Under the pieces are notes generated by a model. That model made no database searches, had not been told where the DNA came from, and worked only from the letters and a program-made list of their open reading frames with translations. From Octopus vulgaris (taxonomy: Eukaryota): 64,000 nucleotides of DNA. A program made the position numbers and the translations under genes. Below, one piece after another: positions 56,859-64,000 of the stretch; positions within the stretch are counted from its first letter, which is position 1, and every line of letters starts with the position of its first letter. Location: positions 77,252,001 to 77,316,000 of the forward strand of contig OX597830.1 of NCBI GenBank assembly GCA_951406725.2. Reading direction: 5' to 3'.

Positions 56859-57103
56859 TGGAAGTCGTTATGAAACCACAGTGGTGAAATTGTCAGAGCT
56901 GACCGAGCTAGGGATCCTTGTCAAACTTTACAATGGTTTCCGGAAGTGGGCGAATTCAAGGTCATGTGATCTCGGCGAGACAATGTTAGGTCCGAATTCG
57001 TCCACTGCATATGACATGACTTTTTCAAAAGAGCTCTGGTCACTCGGCCAATCTTCGAATCCATCCATCTTCGCTCGTAGTCTCGGTTTTTCGAATCCAT
57101 TCA
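56859..57103 (-). repeat. Unclassified ~250-bp dispersed repeat, copy 2
   Basis: Inverted homolog of 52703-52974, with the same start and a CTAT-type 3' flank. Confidence 0.85.
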
Positions 57104-57310
57104 GCATCAACACAACCAACACATACATACGTGAATATGGATATGTGTGTGTGTATGTGGGCATATACATATATGAATATGTATGTATATGTATAAATCT
57201 ATACACATTTGTATCCACCTCTATATATGTATAACGTAGGCATACGCATGCATCTATATCTACACACACACATATACTTATATATATTTGTATACATACA
57301 TACATATGTA

Positions 57311-57615
57311 GAGGCGCAATGGCCAAGTGGTTAGGGCAGCGGACTCGCGGTCGTAGGATCGCGGTTTCGATTCCCAGACCGGGCGTTGTGAGTATTTATT
57401 GAGCGAAAACACCTAAAGCTCCACGAGGCTCCGACAGGGGGTGGTGGCGATCCCTACTGTACTCTTTCGCCACAACTTTCTCTCACTCTTTCTTCTGTTG
57501 GCCTGCCCGCTTAGCCAGTGGGGTGGCGTCATTTGATGGCTGAAACAATGAGAAGCGCATTGTGACCAGCGATGTGTAGCAATATCTGATAGCCTGGTCG
57601 GTGACGGTGACGGTG
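57311..57615 (+). mobile_element. SINE family C, tail type ii, 13-bp TSD
   Basis: TSD ACATACATATGTA at 57298-57310 and 57616-57628. (GGTGAC)n 3' end. Confidence 0.9.
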
Positions 57616-57811
57616 ACATACATATGTACATGCATGTTCTTAAATGTTCTTGGCTTTGCGTAAAAGAAAGTACAGAAAGTTCGGTTTATTCTAATTTCAT
57701 CCAACTTATTCTCCTCTGAGATTCATTCACTTATTGCAGAGCACTTTCAGTTTTTCTAAGGCCTCTAAAAGAATTCCAAAGTTTGTGTCCCCAACCATAT
57801 ATATAAATATA

Positions 57812-57848
<37 letters not shown>

Positions 57849-57859
57849 ATGCATGTACG

Positions 57860-57909
<50 letters not shown>

Positions 57910-57924
57910 TATATAATATATATG

Positions 57925-58170
57925 TATCTATTTATAAAAAACTTAGAATGTGTCTCAGTTTATTTGAACTCGAGAACGACTCAACCAATTTCATTAAAAT
58001 TTTACACATGGCTTACTTGGGGTCTATGCAGTGTCATGGGCCAAAACAAGTGTCAACTTCTTGCTTAATGCGAACCCGGAGCAATCTCTTATCTTTTACA
58101 CTATTTCAGTATTACCTGTCAAAAGTGAAACAATAACATCCCTGTTGTAATGTGAGATAATACTTTCAGT
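57925..58170 (+). mobile_element. Helitron-like 5' fragment
   Basis: a|tctatttataaaa start; ctcgagaacgactcaaccaatttcattaaaattttacac resembles Helitron 5' subterminal motifs. Confidence 0.45.
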
Positions 58171-58324
58171 TTTAATAGGTAACCGGGCATGTGTGGTAGC
58201 AATACTGTCTCCAGTATAATCTAATACCTTGCCGGCATAGGAAGCCAACTGGTCCACAGAACTGACCTCCGTCCTAGGAGCGAGAATGGGTTGTACGTTT
58301 GATGGAAAACGGAAGAAGAAAAGC

Positions 58325-59065
58325 TATTTGAGCATTGCATTGTCTGCAGATGCTCCTTCTGTAAGTTCACGTATTCTGCGAAGAAGTTGGGTTGGCGTCC
58401 TGTTACCCAAGTGTTCTTCGTTAAATAGTTTTCGAAATCGTTTCTTCGCTGATAAGAGACGTCTGACGGAGGACTTCATGCTTTATAGATAAATATGAAA
58501 CCTCTTCAGGTGTGTTCGTGATTAGCTCTTTCAAATGAACTGCGAAGGGAGAATAAATGGCGCTTAACAAAATGTTTAGCTGTTGCTGCTGTTGCTGTTG
58601 AGCGAACGGTCTTCGTCCCAAAACGGGCAAGATGGGAGAAGTCCGAAACGTGGTCCTTCGTAAGACTCGCAGAAGAGAAACCAGGTCAACCCCCGACACT
58701 GAGAGCATCGACGGATAGATGAATGCGCATCCAGGCTCAGCGGTTGCGTAGGAAGTCGGAGACAAGAAACAGGAAGAAAGAGTGAGATAAAGTTGGGGCG
58801 AAAGAGTACAACAGGGGTCGCCACCACCCCCTGCCGGAGCCTCATGGAGCTTTCGGTGTTTTCGCTCAATAAACACACACAACTACCGGTCTGGGAATCG
58901 AAACCGTGATCCTCTGACCGCGAGTCCGCTGCCCTAACCACTGGGCCATTGCGCCTCCACAGCTGTTGCTGCTCTGATTTAATGTTTTTCGCAACAAAAT
59001 ATGCCTCCATTTGCGCGAACCAAACTCTTATATCACCACTGAACGCTGGTAACGAAGAGTGATTC
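58325..59065 (-). pseudogene. Ty3/Gypsy-type gag N-terminal remnant interrupted by a SINE
   Basis: After removing the SINE and one TSD: LPAFSGDIRVWFAQMEAYFVAKNIKSEQQQLNILLSAI...YLSIKHEVLRQTS / RFRKLFNEEHLGNRTPTQLLRRIREL, matching gag WFAQxE and LGDRKPSQLLR motifs. Confidence 0.75.
58591..58960 (-). mobile_element. SINE family C, tail type iv, 13-bp TSD
   Basis: TSD AGCTGTTGCTGCT at 58578-58590 and 58961-58973. Tail CAACAGCAAC. Confidence 0.92.
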
Positions 59066-59083
59066 ACGCGGTATTCACGCGGT

Positions 59084-60127
59084 ACTGACCGTGTGAAGGT
59101 TATGATTGCGTATTTTGGCTCATTAATGGTTTCAGGGTGATTCTTGTACACTGATCCTTTACTTGCTCCCCAGAAAAAAAGGTTAGGCGGTTTTAAATCA
59201 GGTGATCTTGGTGGCCAAACTCCCTTCGAAATAATCTGTTCACCGAAAAACTCTTGAAGTAGCGCCATGGTTATGCTCGAAGTATGTACTATAGCTCCGT
59301 CTTGCTGAAAGTATGCATTTTTAATTCCACTCTCAATCAGTTGGCCTACAAATTGATAGACAATATTTTGAGAAATTTCTCTCGGTGTTGATGCTATCTT
59401 CAAAAAAGTCGGTCCCACAATACGCTTTCTCGAAATTTCTATCCATACTCCAACTTTTTCGGGTTGCTCATGCGTCGCGTGTGGATTCTCAATGCTCCAT
59501 AACCTTGTGCTTTGCGAATTTATGTGTCCCGACAGATGAAACCAAGCCCCATCGGTGTAAAAACATCCATCCAGCACTCCTCTGCATTTTTCGGCAACAA
59601 AGTTTTGGAACCAATGACAATAATGAATCCTTTTAGCATGATCTGTGGTCTTCAATTCTTGAATGGTCAGCACTTTGTATAGAAAGAAATTTAATTTCAT
59701 TTTTGCTGCTGTGTGTGCACTTCCTAGGCTGATTTCCGTTTTCTGTGACATTTTGCGTAAGGACTCTGACGGGCTTGCCGACAGTTGAACAGAAATATTG
59801 GCGAGCGTTTCGTCTGAAAGAACAGTATGCCTACCGGTTCATGCCACGTCTTCCATTGAGCCTGTGTTTCTAAATTTTTGTATCAAATCCTGCACAGTGT
59901 CACGATGTGGAACATCAGTATTTGAAAAAGTTTCATTGAACTTCTGTTTCATAGTATCTGTGTATTTGTTTCCAGCTCGAAAAACCCATTCAACTAAAAA
60001 CGTACGTTCTTCAATGGTTAGCATGTCGACACGCTGAAGGTTACACAACGACTGAGGAACAATGGCTGACACCCTGCTGCCCACGGAGGATGAAAAAAAT
60101 TCACTGCGGAGAGATTTTTTGAACACC

Positions 60128-60130
<3 letters not shown>
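59084..60130 (-). pseudogene. Tc1/mariner-superfamily (rosa/VS-like) transposon, 3'-truncated, frameshifted transposase
   Basis: TA|CAGGGTGTTCAAAAAA TIR. MLTIEERTFLVE, FYTDGAWFHLSG, FQQDGA, WPPRSPDLKPPNLFFWG. Confidence 0.85.
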
Positions 60131-60184
<54 letters not shown>

Positions 60185-60351
60185 AGATCGGTAGCCACTA
60201 CACACATTTTTTTCTCTCCTTGTTTTTTTCTGTCTCCCTTTCTGTAGAAAAGCATAGGCGCGAAACTTTTTCAATTCCTGAGCGTTATACTAATACATCT
60301 GTTTGTTTTGTACAACACCTATCTTCGTCTTTTGTTTTTTTCGTGAACTCT

Positions 60352-60418
<67 letters not shown>

Positions 60419-61059
60419 TACATACGTATAAAACCATAAGAACAAGCCTTTTCTGGTTTGGAAATTTACTCTGAATCTAACAACTCACTAAATGCTACCG
60501 AAGAATTACATACATTTTTGAATTTTCTTCTTGAAAGATATAAATCTAAGAGTGCTCGTATACTTTCTAGAAAACATTAACCTCCTTGAAAAAAAAAAAT
60601 TAAAAAATAAAAATCTTTCAAAAAAGACGTAAATTGCTCGCCGACATTGCACTTAGAAACATGTTAAGTATCTTCTCATATTCTCCAAGAGATTCATAAT
60701 TCTGGCTGATTTCAATGCGTACACATAGACATTTATAGATAAATACAAATGTACATATAATGCATATATAAATATATATATTTAAACATATGTATATACA
60801 CACTATATATATATATACACACACAAACATATTGTGCACATGTATATACATACATGTATGTACGTATGTATTTCCACTATACTGTTTCCTGTATTACGTC
60901 AGATCTGATCTAAGCTTACTTTGTGGTGGGTGGTAAGATTTTTTCCATTGCTTTTCTTCTTTCTTCTTTGATTACGGTCAAGAAAATGTGCGGGGAATGT
61001 GTTTTCGTTATTCAAATTATTCAACCTTTCATCGTTTGATTCCCCTATACACACACACA

Positions 61060-61116
<57 letters not shown>

Positions 61117-61309
61117 ACACACACACACATACATACACACGCATGCATACACACACACGAAACGAAGAAAACCAAAAAGATAAAAAAGAAAAGGAGATAG
61201 ATACTACAACAAAGAACACAAACGAGAGTGTTAATACATACTTTCAACAGTTCATGTGTGTGTGTGTGTCTGAGTGTGTGCGTGTTTGGGGAAGTGTGCT
61301 TATACATAC

Positions 61310-61349
<40 letters not shown>

Positions 61350-61380
61350 TCATAGACGCATATATATGCATACATATACA

Positions 61381-61443
<63 letters not shown>

Positions 61444-61506
61444 TAGATAGATAGATACATACATACATACATACATACCTACATAGATAGATAGATAGAT
61501 AGATAT

Positions 61507-61537
<31 letters not shown>

Positions 61538-61538
61538 T

Positions 61539-61582
<44 letters not shown>

Positions 61583-61731
61583 TTAGATAGATAGATAGAT
61601 AGATAGATGGATAGATAGATAGATAGATAGATGATTATATAAATACATATATATTCAGAATGGAGTAAGTGGAGCAAGAACACACACGCACATACATACA
61701 CACACATATGTACATTTTATATATGTGTTTG

Positions 61732-61782
<51 letters not shown>

Positions 61783-62205
61783 GTATACATATATGTGTAT
61801 ATATATGTATGTGTGCGTGTATATATATATATATATATACGTATGTATGTATGTAAAATATGTATGTCTATATATTTATGTGTATGTGCATATATATATA
61901 TATATTCATATGTTTCGCGGGTGGGATTACTTTATCCCTCTCCCTCCCATTTTATCTTGATCTCACTTCAATATTTATATCTTGTTCTTTACTTTTTATT
62001 TTTTTTTCTTGCCTGTTATTATTTCGTTTTGTTTCTTTCTCTTCCTCCCTTTCTCCATCATCACCTCTACCAGATAAAATAGGTTCCGGATATCGTCTTA
62101 CTTCTAAGATTCACTTTGAAAGCTCTGCTGTTTTGGTCAAGAAATTTCTTGAGTGTTCAAACGAGATTTCATCTCTTCAGCTAAATATTTTTACTTCATC
62201 TACAA

Positions 62206-62397
<192 letters not shown>

Positions 62398-62422
62398 ATA
62401 CACACACACACACACACACACA

Positions 62423-62628
62423 CAAGGCTGTAGTACTGAAAAGTTCCTGACTTTGAGCAAAAGAAAATTAATTATGATTTTATTCAACATATTCCACACT
62501 CAGATTCAAACATTTATTGCAGCGGTCCTTCAGTTTTTTCCACGCCCTGTAAAAGAACCTGAAGGTTGTGCCTCCAACCAGGCCTTTCGCGAAACCCTTA
62601 AATTCAAGAACTTTACAGCATCCCCTCG
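62423..62628 (-). mobile_element. Mariner-derived MITE
   Basis: TIRs ..ctgaaaagttcctga / aagaactttacagcatcccctcg|ta. Minus strand retains the EYVE* terminus. Confidence 0.7.
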
Positions 62629-62778
62629 TATATTGACATACACACACACACACACACACATATACATGTCATCTATTTTTTGCTTACTGCTACTTCTATA
62701 TTAATTGTGTCATGATGTAGTGTAATCGGTAAAGGTGTAAGAATCATATCGGTCCAGTTTATCATTCCTCATTCACTA

Positions 62779-63451
62779 TTTCTTCTTCTTCTTCTTCTTC
62801 TTCTTCTTCTTCTTCTTCTTCTTCTTCTTCTTCTTCTTCTTCTTCTTCTTCTTCTTCTTCTCCTCCTCCTTCCTCTTCTTTTCTTCTTCCTCTTCCTCTT
62901 CTTCTTCTTCTTCTTCTTCTTCTTCTTCTCCTTCCTCTTCTTTTCTTCTTCTTCTTCTTCTTCTTCTTCTTCCACTTCCTCTTCTTCTTTTTCTCCTTCC
63001 TCTTCTTTTCTTCTTCTTCTCCGTCTTCTTCGTCTTCTTCCACTTCCACTTCCTCTTCTTCTTCTTCTTCTTCTTCTTCTTCTTCTTCTTCTCCTTCCTC
63101 TTCTTTTCTTCTTCTTCTTCTTCTTCTTCTTCTTCTTCCACTTCCTCTTCTTCTTTTTCTCCTTCCTCTTCTTTTCTTCTTCTTCTTCTTCGTCTTCTTC
63201 GTCTTCTTCCACTTCCACTTCCTCGTCTTCTTCTTCTTCTTCTTCTTCTTCCACTTCCTCTTCTTCTTTTTCTTCTTCTTCCACTTCCTCTTCTTCTTCT
63301 TCTTCTTCTTCTCCTTCCTCTTCTTTTCTTCTTCTTCTTCTTCTTCTTCCACTTCCACTTCTTCTTCTTCTTTTTCCTCTTCTTTTTCTTCTTCTCCTTC
63401 CTCTTCTTTTCTTCTTCTTCTTCTTCTTCTTCTTCTTCTTCTTCTTCTTCT
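62779..63451. repeat. (CTT)n-derived polypyrimidine tract with higher-order repeats
   Basis: Variant blocks (ctccttcctcttctttt, ccacttccactt) recur several times. Confidence 0.95.
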
Positions 63452-63489
63452 TTAAATACTCGGGAGGTCTTTGCGGTACACCCTGTAGC

Positions 63490-63584
63490 ATGTGAAAAAG
63501 CACCGCCGAAAATGTGAAAGCACTTCCCCTTAGATGTGAAAAAGTGTAGTGCAAAATGTGAAGGAGCGTAATTTTGAATGTAAG
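63490..63584 (+). repeat. ATGTGAA motif array at exact 22-bp period
   Basis: Motif starts at 63490, 63512, 63534, 63556 and 63578 (last is ATGTAAG). Confidence 0.75.
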
Positions 63585-64000
63585 GTGTCGCACCACTCAT
63601 GATAGCAAAATCGTGATTTCGATACTCTACTGGGTAGTGCGTAGTGTCATTGATGAAAATAACTCTGTTTCACTTTACTCCAGGCCACGCAACCGTAAAT
63701 GAGTGACCCTGCATCCCGTTCAAGGGGAAAGTTCTGATTTCGGTCACTTATACTTACCCAAGGTAACCGTATAACACGTCCTACTAGACATAGGACTCGA
63801 AATAAAACTTATTTATTTTACAACCTAAAATGAATTGTACTAATCTGCACTAGTTTCCCGTTATTACTTGCTAGATATTTTTGTAGTCCTGTAGTAGATA
63901 GTTTATAGTAATGTTCTTTTGCTGAAGATCCCAACCGCTCCTATATAATGGATAAATATAATTTTCTCTCTCTCCTTCTCTCTCTATCTCCCTCTGTCCT

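Noticed and set aside
62762-63600. Poly-K/E/R ORFs
   Set aside because: Translations of (GAA)n in all three frames.

Overview
Eukaryotic, AT-rich, extremely microsatellite-dense DNA with no recognisable intact host gene. The repeat landscape suggests an octopus or other coleoid cephalopod intronic/intergenic region (inference). Almost all supplied ORFs are translations of simple repeats. Supportable content: about 30 copies of tRNA-derived SINEs (called families A, B and C here, plus minor ones); decayed Tc1/mariner transposases (one near full-length, 50520-51805); a Penelope-like RT remnant; a Ty3/Gypsy gag remnant split by a SINE; a non-autonomous Helitron; several MITEs and foldback elements; and hammerhead-ribozyme motifs of the Penelope type. 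Most interesting signals: (1) three good and several decayed minimal hammerheads, mostly far from any RT; (2) a SINE concatemer junction that recurs at the same nucleotide in two independent insertions, hinting at a circular or multimeric RNA intermediate; (3) one SINE head joined to four unrelated 3' modules at the same breakpoint; (4) a perfect 102-bp palindrome around an AAAAAATTT array; (5) a motif phased at exactly 22 bp. Coordinates were read by eye, so ends of old repeats are approximate.
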